Sequence record: LR745208.1 | Strand: one strand, 5' to 3' | Length of the DNA: 64,000 nucleotides | Shown here: positions 1 through 7,064 of the stretch, piece after piece | Layout of the letters: each line of letters starts with the position of its first letter | Position numbering within the stretch: position 1 is the stretch's first letter | Position numbers and translations under genes: made by a program | Notes under the pieces: generated by a model | The model's input: the letters and a program-made list of their open reading frames with translations, nothing else | The model's database searches: none | What the model was told of the DNA's origin: nothing

Positions 1-117
1 TCCAAGGATGCCGCCCTGGATGTGGTGTCCAGCACCTGTGACGCCTGCATTGAGTCCACCAACCAGTTACTGCTGGCGGTAGGCTACGAACAGCCCAAAG
101 AGAGCGACCATGACTAG
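1..117 (+). CDS. hypothetical protein, 3' fragment
   Basis: Frame 1 is open from the window edge to TAG at 115-117 and overlaps the next ATG. Confidence 0.5.
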   Translation, partial: SKDAALDVVSSTCDACIESTNQLLLAVGYEQPKESDHD

Positions 118-682
118 GCGGGTCCCCTCTGACTCTGTGTGGAAGGCCACCATCAAAGCCATCCCCATTGGCAAGCGGGTAGGGGAGTCCGTGTACTTAC
201 ACAACTCAGCCTTGTGGCCAGCCCAAGAGGGGAGACCTCTTGGGGACATTGTGGACCAAGCAATGGGGTTTGTTGACCGCCAACTCCCGGCCTCCCAGGA
301 GAGGGTCATTGACATCGTGAAATTTTCACAGCGGAAGCCTGTGGTCTCTTTGCTGTGCTACCCTACGTTTTTCGAGGATGCCTTCCCGGCCATCAACCAT
401 GCCTACACGGTGGACCTGAAGGCAGGAACGGTCAAAGAGCGAGACTACTCCAAGTACACCAACAAGCCAATCCTTCACCGTAAGGAACTCTTCCTCGCCA
501 AGGATCACCCCCGCTATGAGGAGTTTGCGGCCATAACCCGAACTATTGAGGACCTGGGGCTGTTCTGCGATACCAAACGAATTGGCTATGAATGGGCATG
601 GGGGCGTCGACTTGCAGATGCCGGAGTCAAGGTGTTTGGAAACCAGATCATCAGTCCCTGTCCTACGGGGGTCATAGCATGA
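110..682 (+). CDS. stand-alone domain resembling the non-catalytic repeat of DNA phosphorothioation-associated putative methyltransferases (TIGR04096-like)
   Basis: Motifs GKRVGESVYLH, SLLCYPTFFEDAFPA, NKPILHRKELFLAKDHP and IG..W.RRL, recognised from memory. Confidence 0.6.
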   Translation: MTRRVPSDSVWKATIKAIPIGKRVGESVYLHNSALWPAQEGRPLGDIVDQAMGFVDRQLPASQERVIDIVKFSQRKPVVSLLCYPTFFEDAFPAINHAYTVDLKAGTVKERDYSKYTNKPILHRKELFLAKDHPRYEEFAAITRTIEDLGLFCDTKRIGYEWAWGRRLADAGVKVFGNQIISPCPTGVIA

Positions 683-948
683 TTGAACCCAACTACAGGC
701 AGCTCGGGGATCCAGGACCCCTAGCCGAACCTCTGACCGCGCACAAATTAGCCCAGATAATCGATCATTTCTACCCCCGGGGAGGGATGACGATTTTTGT
801 TAACCCAACAGATTGGTTCCGCCTCTATGGGGACCCACACATCTGGAGTTTCACGTCACGCATCACCCTAGATGAGTTTCTGTTCCTGGGTGCTCGTATC
901 TTCACGGATGAAACAGTTCCTATCGGTGAACCAAGGATCGTATCGTGA
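679..948 (+). CDS. hypothetical protein
   Basis: ATGA overlap with the upstream stop; 89 aa. Confidence 0.55.
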   Translation: MIEPNYRQLGDPGPLAEPLTAHKLAQIIDHFYPRGGMTIFVNPTDWFRLYGDPHIWSFTSRITLDEFLFLGARIFTDETVPIGEPRIVS

Positions 949-1280
949 GCCAATCCCTAGCGTTCACCATACTCTCAAACGAATTGAGGCATAGGTGCCG
1001 TGAGGCTGGGTATGGGGACATCATCGTGGGGTCCTGCGATATACTGGCGCTCAACAAGGATGGGCTGTCCTACTGTGAGGCAGGCCACAAGGAGCACCCA
1101 ACGATTGATGGGAAACCTGCACTGTGGGTCATCGTAGAGAACCTGATTGGCATGTCTTCTGGCTCATGTCATTGGTGCGCGTTCAAGCGCCAGGAAGAGA
1201 TGTCAGACATGATGAGGTATGCCCTGGAAGGGGCCCCTTTTCATTGGGCTACCGAGCATTACAGGGACCTACGAAAATGA
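945..1280 (+). CDS. hypothetical protein
   Basis: Coupled ORF, 111 aa, with a CxxC motif. Confidence 0.6.
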   Translation: MSQSLAFTILSNELRHRCREAGYGDIIVGSCDILALNKDGLSYCEAGHKEHPTIDGKPALWVIVENLIGMSSGSCHWCAFKRQEEMSDMMRYALEGAPFHWATEHYRDLRK

Positions 1281-1801
1281 CATACTCTGCTAGGACTACC
1301 CGCCCAATCCGCCCCCAGCTGCACCGCTACCTTATGGAGCATGGTGTCTGGAAGCCCGGTGACGTGAATGCCGATATCGGCGGGGGCAAGTACGACATTG
1401 CCACCGAGTATCTGGCCGAACACGGGGTCACCAACTACGTCTGGGACCCCGGCAATCGAAGTGAAGATCACAACAGGGCTGTCCTTCGGGCAATCCTTGA
1501 TGATAGCCACGGAAGAACAGCGGGGGCCGATACCGCCACTATCGCCAATGTCCTGAACGTCATACCCACTCTGGAAGAGCGACTGGATGTTTTGCGTCGA
1601 GCAGCCAATGCCGTGAAGCCTGGAGGGGCCGTTTACATCTGGGTCCATTGTGGGGACATGTCTGGAGTTGGCAAACCTACCCGGGATGGCTGGCAAGAGA
1701 ACCGCAAAACTGCCTCCTACATGCCCGAAGTCGAACAGGTGTTCCAACTGGTTGAACGCAGGGGTAGGGTCATCTGTGGAGCATTGAGGAGACTCGGATG
1801 A
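1277..1801 (+). CDS. class I SAM-dependent methyltransferase
   Basis: Motif I DIGGGKYD, then WDPGNR and ADTATIANVLNVI. Start taken at the ATGA overlap at 1277. Confidence 0.75.
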   Translation: MTYSARTTRPIRPQLHRYLMEHGVWKPGDVNADIGGGKYDIATEYLAEHGVTNYVWDPGNRSEDHNRAVLRAILDDSHGRTAGADTATIANVLNVIPTLEERLDVLRRAANAVKPGGAVYIWVHCGDMSGVGKPTRDGWQENRKTASYMPEVEQVFQLVERRGRVICGALRRLG

Positions 1802-1959
1802 AAAAGGTCGTGTGGCGGCAGGTAGAAGTAGAGCATGGACCCTTCTACAACGTGAACTCCATTGCGGGCGTTGTAGTAGGGGTTACCCCGGCCAAGGTAT
1901 CCGAGTCTCTCAATGCTGAGGCATGTAGGACATTCCGGCATCCGTGTAAGGAAAACTAA
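1798..1959 (+). CDS. small hypothetical protein (53 aa)
   Basis: ATGA overlap upstream and TAATG overlap downstream; below the ORF-track size cutoff. Confidence 0.45.
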   Translation: MKKVVWRQVEVEHGPFYNVNSIAGVVVGVTPAKVSESLNAEACRTFRHPCKEN

Positions 1960-2435
1960 TGAAGACCTTCCATGAGACACTAGCATCCCTTACGGTGGGA
2001 TGGGCCATCACCAATGTGGAGCCTGGGAGGGGACGGGAAGGGGGTCCAGCCAAACTCACCCTCAGCCGAGATGGCAACATCCGTACTTTGGAAATCCGGG
2101 CCGGTATCTATGAGCCCGTCATCGAGTCCGTTCAGGACAGGCAGCCGGGCTCCGGGAACCCTACCTACTCCGATGTGAGCGACATGCTAGATACGATCCT
2201 GGAACAGGTGTCCGCCTATGAGGATACCAACCACGATGGTTGCCGAATTGAGCCTCTAGAAGACGTGTTCGCCCGTCGGTTTGGTTTCCGGTGCGTGGAA
2301 ACAGGCCAGGAGTGGTGGACCACCATGAGTGCGGTCAAGGAATCCCGCCGTTACGCTTCTAGGTTCCGGTCTCCTGAATCCAGGCTGGAACTAGCCAACG
2401 ATCTTAGCCAAGGTGTAATTGGATGGGGAAGATAA
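1959..2435 (+). CDS. hypothetical protein
   Basis: 158 aa, coupled on both sides. Confidence 0.65.
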   Translation: MKTFHETLASLTVGWAITNVEPGRGREGGPAKLTLSRDGNIRTLEIRAGIYEPVIESVQDRQPGSGNPTYSDVSDMLDTILEQVSAYEDTNHDGCRIEPLEDVFARRFGFRCVETGQEWWTTMSAVKESRRYASRFRSPESRLELANDLSQGVIGWGR

Positions 2436-2779
2436 TGTACCAGATCCGGCGATTCATGGGCCACCAGGAACACCGTTGTGGGCACACCGTCTGTAACTGC
2501 AAAGGCCTGGACATCTGGGCACCCATCGTGGACCCGCGAACAAGGACCCCGGCTAACTACCACACCCACGGTGAGGCGGTACAGGACCTCCCGGATCTTC
2601 GGTTGGCCGTAGGACTCCAGGAAGGCGTGGAGCCCCGGGATCTTCGGGTGGAGAGGATCGAGTTGGGGCAGGCAGACCCAGACACCCGCCCTGTCAAAGA
2701 ACGTTCGACAAGGACGATTTCTTCCACGGAGGGGCTCAGAGGGGGTAAGGTAGGGGGGAGTCCACTTGACATCCTATAA
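2435..2779 (+). CDS. hypothetical protein
   Basis: TAATG overlap with the upstream gene. Confidence 0.5.
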   Translation: MYQIRRFMGHQEHRCGHTVCNCKGLDIWAPIVDPRTRTPANYHTHGEAVQDLPDLRLAVGLQEGVEPRDLRVERIELGQADPDTRPVKERSTRTISSTEGLRGGKVGGSPLDIL

Positions 2780-2793
2780 CCTGTCACTATACT
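2766..2793 (+). promoter_or_regulatory. sigma70-type promoter of the tRNA-Pro/Ala unit
   Basis: TTGACA-N16-TATACT. Confidence 0.75.
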
Positions 2794-2802
2794 GAACGGA
2801 CC

Positions 2803-2898
2803 ATGAACCTCTCGACCCACAGCACCAACACAGCACCAGCGGCGACAGCCGCTTGCGTGGTGGCGTGCGTGGGTCCAGCCGCCCCGCCCGCAGCCTAA
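2803..2898 (+). CDS. putative Ala/Pro-rich leader peptide MNLSTHSTNTAPAATAACVVACVGPAAPPAA
   Basis: ATG 10 nt after the -10 box. 10 Ala and 4 Pro of 31 codons; directly upstream of tRNA-Pro and tRNA-Ala. Confidence 0.6.
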   Translation: MNLSTHSTNTAPAATAACVVACVGPAAPPAA

Positions 2899-2948
2899 CG
2901 TCGTTGCACCCTCAACCAGTGGATGCGACTGAAAACAGGTTTGACTCA

Positions 2949-3023
2949 CGGGGAGTAGCTCAGTCTGGTTAGAGTATCCGGCTTGGAACCGGAGGGTCGC
3001 TGGTTCGAATCCAGTCTCCCCGA
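2949..3023 (+). tRNA. tRNA-Pro(UGG)
   Basis: Acceptor CGGGGAG/CTCCCCG, anticodon loop CT-TGG-AA, T loop TTCGAAT; CCA not encoded. Confidence 0.97.
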
Positions 3024-3046
3024 CTGTTTCGTTTCTCGTTTCGTTT

Positions 3047-3119
3047 GGGGCCATAACTCAATTGGCAGAGTGCTAGCCTTGCAAGCTGGAAGTTGCGAAT
3101 TCGAATTTCGCTGGCTCCA
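3047..3119 (+). tRNA. tRNA-Ala(UGC)
   Basis: Acceptor GGGGCCA/TGGCTCC with the G3:U70 Ala identity pair; loop CT-TGC-AA. Confidence 0.95.
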
Positions 3120-3149
3120 CCCTCAAATGATCCAGAATCCATAGGTACC

Positions 3150-3530
3150 ATGAGCCATTCAAGCGGACGCGTCTATTTGGATACGGACCAGCCAGATCCG
3201 GAACGGGAGCTGGTTGGCTGGTTTGAGTATGACGGGACCAGCGATTTTGCTCGGCCCAAGATATTCCCCACCCAGGATGAGATGTCTGCCTGTTGGCGTA
3301 AGGATCAAGGCAAAGTTACTTGCACCTGTGGGAAGCCCACCACAAAAGTGCTCATTGTTGCGGACTACGGGTGTATGCCCGAATGGCAGGGATATGCCTG
3401 CTTGACATGCATGGTGATCAGTGCACGACGTGGAAGGGATCCAGACTGGTCTTGGAAGGCCCGGGAGCGACAGTTCGGGGCCTTTGGATTCAGCAATGAG
3501 GAAGACGTGGAAGATGTGGATTGGGAGTAA
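3150..3530 (+). CDS. hypothetical protein (Cys-containing)
   Basis: 126 aa from the ATG at 3150. Confidence 0.6.
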   Translation: MSHSSGRVYLDTDQPDPERELVGWFEYDGTSDFARPKIFPTQDEMSACWRKDQGKVTCTCGKPTTKVLIVADYGCMPEWQGYACLTCMVISARRGRDPDWSWKARERQFGAFGFSNEEDVEDVDWE

Positions 3531-3536
3531 CCTAGA

Positions 3537-3848
3537 ATGAACTCAACCCAACCCACAACACCCTGCCCCCTCTGTGACCGAGTGGGTCCTCAACTGGTCC
3601 TGGAGAGGCACCACCTCAAGACACGTCGTGAGGACAAGGACCTGATTGAGCTGATATGTAAGGAGTGCCACAAACAAATTCATGCCCTGTTCCCCCAGCG
3701 GGACCTGAGGAACGAAGCTCTCAACCTAGATAGCGTTGAGGGACTCCTGGCCAATGAGAAGTTCTTGGCTGCCAGGAAGTTCATCCAGAAGGTCAAACCC
3801 GGCGAGACAATCAGGTCCCGAGAATCCAAACGGAGGCGGGGCTGGTGA
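3537..3848 (+). CDS. small HNH endonuclease-like protein
   Basis: CPLC...ERHH...ICKECHKQIH pattern. Confidence 0.75.
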   Translation: MNSTQPTTPCPLCDRVGPQLVLERHHLKTRREDKDLIELICKECHKQIHALFPQRDLRNEALNLDSVEGLLANEKFLAARKFIQKVKPGETIRSRESKRRRGW

Positions 3849-3849
3849 C

Positions 3850-4077
3850 ATGTCAGGAGCAAACGGCTATACCCCTGAGGAGTGGTTCGACCTACGGGTT
3901 CGGATGATGGCTGAAGTGTGGGTGGACGCGGACCACGTCATCTTTGAACGAATGTTCCGAGCGAATGGCATCCCCTGGGAACAGCCCTCCAAGGAGTCCC
4001 GAGAGAGGGAAATCATCGAGACCCTACCCATTGCCAGAAAACACCTAGAGGACTATGACAATAGGACGGATAGATGA
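3850..4077 (+). CDS. hypothetical protein
   Basis: 75 aa, coupled to the downstream methyltransferase. Confidence 0.55.
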   Translation: MSGANGYTPEEWFDLRVRMMAEVWVDADHVIFERMFRANGIPWEQPSKESREREIIETLPIARKHLEDYDNRTDR

Positions 4078-4700
4078 CGGCGACTGTTAGGGGTGGGGAC
4101 CGTACCTCTCTAGACACCTATCCAACACCTCCCTGGTGTGTCCAATCCCTAACAGGTGCCCTCTCCCTGCCACCGGGGAATTGGCTAGAGCCTTCAGCCG
4201 GGCAAGGGGCCATCATTCGAGCTGTCAACCGAAGTGATGTGCACTGGTCCGCGGTGGAGATCGACCCGACCCATGAGGCCACCCTTCGCCCCCTAGTGGC
4301 CAATGTCTACATGGGTGACTTCTTGGAAACCCAACTTGGCACCTTCGATGTGGTCATTGGGAACCCACCGTTTTCCAAGGCTCCCCAATTCGTTGAACGA
4401 TCTCTGGGTCTTGCCAATATCGTAGTCATGTTGCTGCGCCTGTCATTCGTGAGCACCAAAGGACGGTTTCACTTGATGGGCCACAATGCCCCGGATATGT
4501 ATGTCCTACCCGACCGACCCCAATTCGCAGGAACGAATCGAGATAGCAGTGACTATGCTTGGTTTGTCTGGCATGCCAATCAAAATCGGCGCCGAGGTAT
4601 CCTGCATGTCCTGGATCCCGTACCCCCTGCCAACAGGAAGCCTTTCCACATGGCAGACTATGAGGTTCCCTTCAATGTGTGTGACCTCTTGGTACAGTAG
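4074..4700 (+). CDS. orphan amino (N6-A/N4-C) DNA methyltransferase
   Basis: Motif I LEPSAGQGAI and catalytic GNPPF. Confidence 0.8.
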   Translation: MTATVRGGDRTSLDTYPTPPWCVQSLTGALSLPPGNWLEPSAGQGAIIRAVNRSDVHWSAVEIDPTHEATLRPLVANVYMGDFLETQLGTFDVVIGNPPFSKAPQFVERSLGLANIVVMLLRLSFVSTKGRFHLMGHNAPDMYVLPDRPQFAGTNRDSSDYAWFVWHANQNRRRGILHVLDPVPPANRKPFHMADYEVPFNVCDLLVQ

Positions 4701-4704
4701 TGGT

Positions 4705-4935
4705 ATGACGTTCCTTACAGGCTTCCTTCTCTTCCTTGCCTCTCTTCCCAACAACCATCATGTCTCACATAGGCCACCACCGAGGGTCAGACATTTATGG
4801 TGTTTCGTCACAGTCTTGCAACGGGCCGAAGTGCGGGTATGTGAGCCCACCCAGACAAGTTGCTGGGCTCGACGTGAGCTCATAGAGCATGGTGGGGCTC
4901 AGGTAGGGCAGTGTGCTCCTACAGCGGTCCCATGA
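4705..4935 (+). CDS. hypothetical protein with hydrophobic N-terminus
   Basis: ATG 4 nt after the previous stop; 76 aa. Confidence 0.4.
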   Translation: MTFLTGFLLFLASLPNNHHVSHRPPPRVRHLWCFVTVLQRAEVRVCEPTQTSCWARRELIEHGGAQVGQCAPTAVP

Positions 4936-5007
4936 CCAATCGTTAGCCCCCTGTCGATTTCCCTGGCTAATCGTCCTCTAGAAGCGTAGTATAGGTACAA
5001 GCCTCAA

Positions 5008-5040
5008 ATGAACCAGCATCTGCATCACCACTGTTATTGA
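5008..5040 (+). CDS. putative His/Cys/Tyr leader peptide MNQHLHHHCY
   Basis: ATG AAC CAG CAT CTG CAT CAC CAC TGT TAT TGA, immediately upstream of tRNA-Tyr, tRNA-Cys and tRNA-His. Confidence 0.6.
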   Translation: MNQHLHHHCY

Positions 5041-5073
5041 TCGCGTCGGCTGACGGCCGAGTTTCGCGATATA
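5035..5073 (+). promoter_or_regulatory. leader hairpin overlapping the leader stop codon
   Basis: ATCGCG-TCGGC-(TGACG)-GCCGA-GTTT-CGCGAT. The Tyr codon TAT can pair with ATA at 5071-5073. Confidence 0.6.
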
Positions 5074-5074
5074 C

Positions 5075-5159
5075 GGAGTGTTGCACCTGAGTGGAAAGGG
5101 TCCCGGCTGTAAACCGGGAGGCACTGCCAGCCCGGCTTCGATTTCCGGACACTCCACCA
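5075..5159 (+). tRNA. tRNA-Tyr(GUA)
   Basis: Acceptor GGAGTGT/ACACTCC, A73, encoded CCA, loop CT-GTA-AA, long variable arm. Confidence 0.9.
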
Positions 5160-5161
5160 AT

Positions 5162-5235
5162 GAATCCTTGCCCGAACGGCCAGGGAGGAGCCTGCAAAGC
5201 TCTCTAAGTGGATTCGACTTCCACAGGATTCTCCA
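5162..5235 (+). tRNA. tRNA-Cys(GCA)
   Basis: Acceptor GAATCCT/AGGATTC, U73 Cys discriminator, encoded CCA, loop CT-GCA-AA. Confidence 0.9.
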
Positions 5236-5255
5236 AGTGTTTCTGAAAGACGACC

Positions 5256-5303
5256 ATGAAGACCACGAACCCCCATCGACCCCATAGGACCTGCCGCCGG
5301 TAA
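5256..5303 (+). CDS. possible second leader peptide MKTTNPHRPHRTCRR
   Basis: 15 codons with 2 His and 4 different Arg codons; its end lies in hairpin CCGCCGG/CCGGCGG (5294-5317); upstream of tRNA-His. Confidence 0.4.
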   Translation: MKTTNPHRPHRTCRR

Positions 5304-5338
5304 CGAGCACCCGGCGGTTAATCCCTGGCTCTTTGTTT

Positions 5339-5412
5339 GTGGCTGTGGGGTAGTGGTTGCCCGCTGGGCTGTGAACCCGGAAGTGCTGGATCGTAACCAG
5401 CCAGTCACTCCA
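5339..5412 (+). tRNA. tRNA-His(GUG), atypical
   Basis: Acceptor GTGGCTG/CAGTCAC, loop CT-GTG-AA, encoded CCA. T loop is ATCGTAA, and U-1/U73 replace G-1/C73. Confidence 0.8.
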
Positions 5413-5417
5413 TTTGG

Positions 5418-5457
5418 GGGCAGGATCCGAAAAGGTTCCGCTGCCCGTTCTCGTTTT
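5418..5457 (+). terminator. possible intrinsic terminator after the tRNA cluster
   Basis: GGGCAG...CTGCCC stem followed by a T-rich stretch. Confidence 0.35.
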
Positions 5458-5494
5458 CCACCTTCTGCTGCCCCCTCATGGTGTAACGTCCTCT

Positions 5495-5701
5495 ATGCGG
5501 TACAAGAACATCGCGAACCACCCTGAGTTTTCCAAGCAGGCCAAGAAGACGGATGACTTGAAGGCTGCCCTTATCTACTATGGCGCCAGCCTTAGCCCGG
5601 ATGCTCTCAAGGCGGTCCAAGCTGACTACAAGAGGGCAGAGATCAAGATCCAACGGCTCTGCAAGGTCCTGGACAAGCAGGGCTACCGGGAGTTTCTCTG
5701 A
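5495..5701 (+). CDS. hypothetical protein
   Basis: 68 aa, helical composition. Confidence 0.55.
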   Translation: MRYKNIANHPEFSKQAKKTDDLKAALIYYGASLSPDALKAVQADYKRAEIKIQRLCKVLDKQGYREFL

Positions 5702-5705
5702 TGCC

Positions 5706-6485
5706 ATGGACCGTCTTGAACAAGCCCAAGGCTTCTACGGAGGCGTCTTGAACAAGCCCAAGGCTTCTACGGAGGCTAAATGCGATGCCCTGGACGAAAT
5801 TCTTGATGCGGATCCCGCGAACCAGGAAGCCCTTCAATATGTGATCCGGGAACTCTCGAAGGACTTCGAGGATGAGCCAGAAGATACTTGGTTAAGGCAC
5901 CTGCTGTACATTGCAGAGACCACTCAAGTATTTGACCCCTATGCCAGGATGCAACTCTATCAGGGCCTATTGCGTCAAGCCCTGTGGGTATGTGAGGATC
6001 TGGAACGCCTACGAGGACGGGAGACTTTAATCTGGTCAGCAGTACGCCGGGCAGCCTCTATTGTAGACCCAATAGACCGCCTCACTGATTTTCTGCCCGT
6101 CCTTCAGTCTGGTATTGCAAGTGGGGTCTACTCCATTCAGCAATGTGTCCTACAGGGCATCCAGAACACCTTGGGGGGGAGGACTACCCATGATGTGCTC
6201 ACCCCAGCCAGTCAAAAGGTCCTCCAAGGTGTGGTCAGGGAGAGACTTGAGTTCCTGTTGGCCGCCCCAACGTCCGCGAGGGGCAGTGAGACTGACTATC
6301 AGACCCGTGCGGGTTACTCTGCCCTGCTGGTCAATGTCCTGGCCACTATGGAAGGCTTACAGGATGACACATATCAGGAAGCCCTGATTAGGGTGGCCGC
6401 CACGGTGCCCCCACAAACTATGTCTACGATCCGCCGTTTCTTGGACCTGAAGCGAGAACAACTCAAGAACCCCAAGGTATCGTAA
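5706..6485 (+). CDS. helical hypothetical protein; start is ambiguous because of the duplication
   Basis: 259 aa from ATG 5706. Confidence 0.65.
   Translation: MDRLEQAQGFYGGVLNKPKASTEAKCDALDEILDADPANQEALQYVIRELSKDFEDEPEDTWLRHLLYIAETTQVFDPYARMQLYQGLLRQALWVCEDLERLRGRETLIWSAVRRAASIVDPIDRLTDFLPVLQSGIASGVYSIQQCVLQGIQNTLGGRTTHDVLTPASQKVLQGVVRERLEFLLAAPTSARGSETDYQTRAGYSALLVNVLATMEGLQDDTYQEALIRVAATVPPQTMSTIRRFLDLKREQLKNPKVS
5713..5776 (+). repeat. perfect 32-bp tandem duplication
   Basis: GTCTTGAACAAGCCCAAGGCTTCTACGGAGGC twice (5713-5744, 5745-5776). Confidence 0.95.
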
Positions 6486-6489
6486 GACC

Positions 6490-6741
6490 ATGAACAAAAA
6501 GGACAAGATTTTGGGCTCCTACTACATCCACGTCTGCAACAGTGGAACCACCATCGGGGTCCGAGACCGTAAAGGGGCCATAGGTCACGAGATATACATA
6601 GAGAGCGGGTTTTTTGGGCTTGGCTCAACTGAAATGGTGATTGGGGGAAGGGGTGGGGACTATTGTGGAGTCCATGCCTCTGATCTTCGAGAGCTGGCTG
6701 CCATGTTCACCAAGGTAGCGGACCAGATCGAGGGCAAGTGA
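6490..6741 (+). CDS. hypothetical protein
   Basis: 83 aa, operon-like packing. Confidence 0.6.
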   Translation: MNKKDKILGSYYIHVCNSGTTIGVRDRKGAIGHEIYIESGFFGLGSTEMVIGGRGGDYCGVHASDLRELAAMFTKVADQIEGK

Positions 6742-7064
6742 TGCCTAGTGGATACCTAGCCTACCGGGACATGATGGCAGAAATTGATGGGGGCCCCACA
6801 GACAAAGAGGCTCGGGCCAAGCTGTGGTCCGAAAAGGGGATCACCTCACGGGACCTTCGGTGGGAGGGTCCTGAGAATGAGGGTAATGGGACCGTTATCT
6901 TCCAGCATGGGAAGCCTGTGTACTTGATGTGGTATGAGTGGAACATCACCTACGAGAACCTGATGGCATCTTTGCAGAAGGACCTGGGTGGTCTATTCCT
7001 GAAGCTAGTGGACGTGAGGGGTGGAAACGGCCATTATTCGGCTGGTTTGGATGTCATAGGATGA
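6741..7064 (+). CDS. hypothetical protein
   Basis: TGATG coupling. Confidence 0.6.
   Translation: MPSGYLAYRDMMAEIDGGPTDKEARAKLWSEKGITSRDLRWEGPENEGNGTVIFQHGKPVYLMWYEWNITYENLMASLQKDLGGLFLKLVDVRGGNGHYSAGLDVIG

Noticed and set aside
2557-3151. Minus-strand ORFs 2557-3054 and 2969-3151
   Set aside because: They are antisense shadows of tRNA-Pro/Ala and the leader; peptides like GETGFEPAT are the typical reverse translation of tRNA genes.
4967-5408. ORFs 4967-5197, 4978-5310, 5034-5408 and 5078-5287
   Set aside because: They overlap the well-formed tRNA-Tyr, Cys and His genes and have no protein-like motifs.
5416-5487. Possible degenerate fourth tRNA (GGGGGCAG...CTGCCCCC, about 72 nt)
   Set aside because: No anticodon stem or T loop can be formed; better explained as a terminator-like hairpin.
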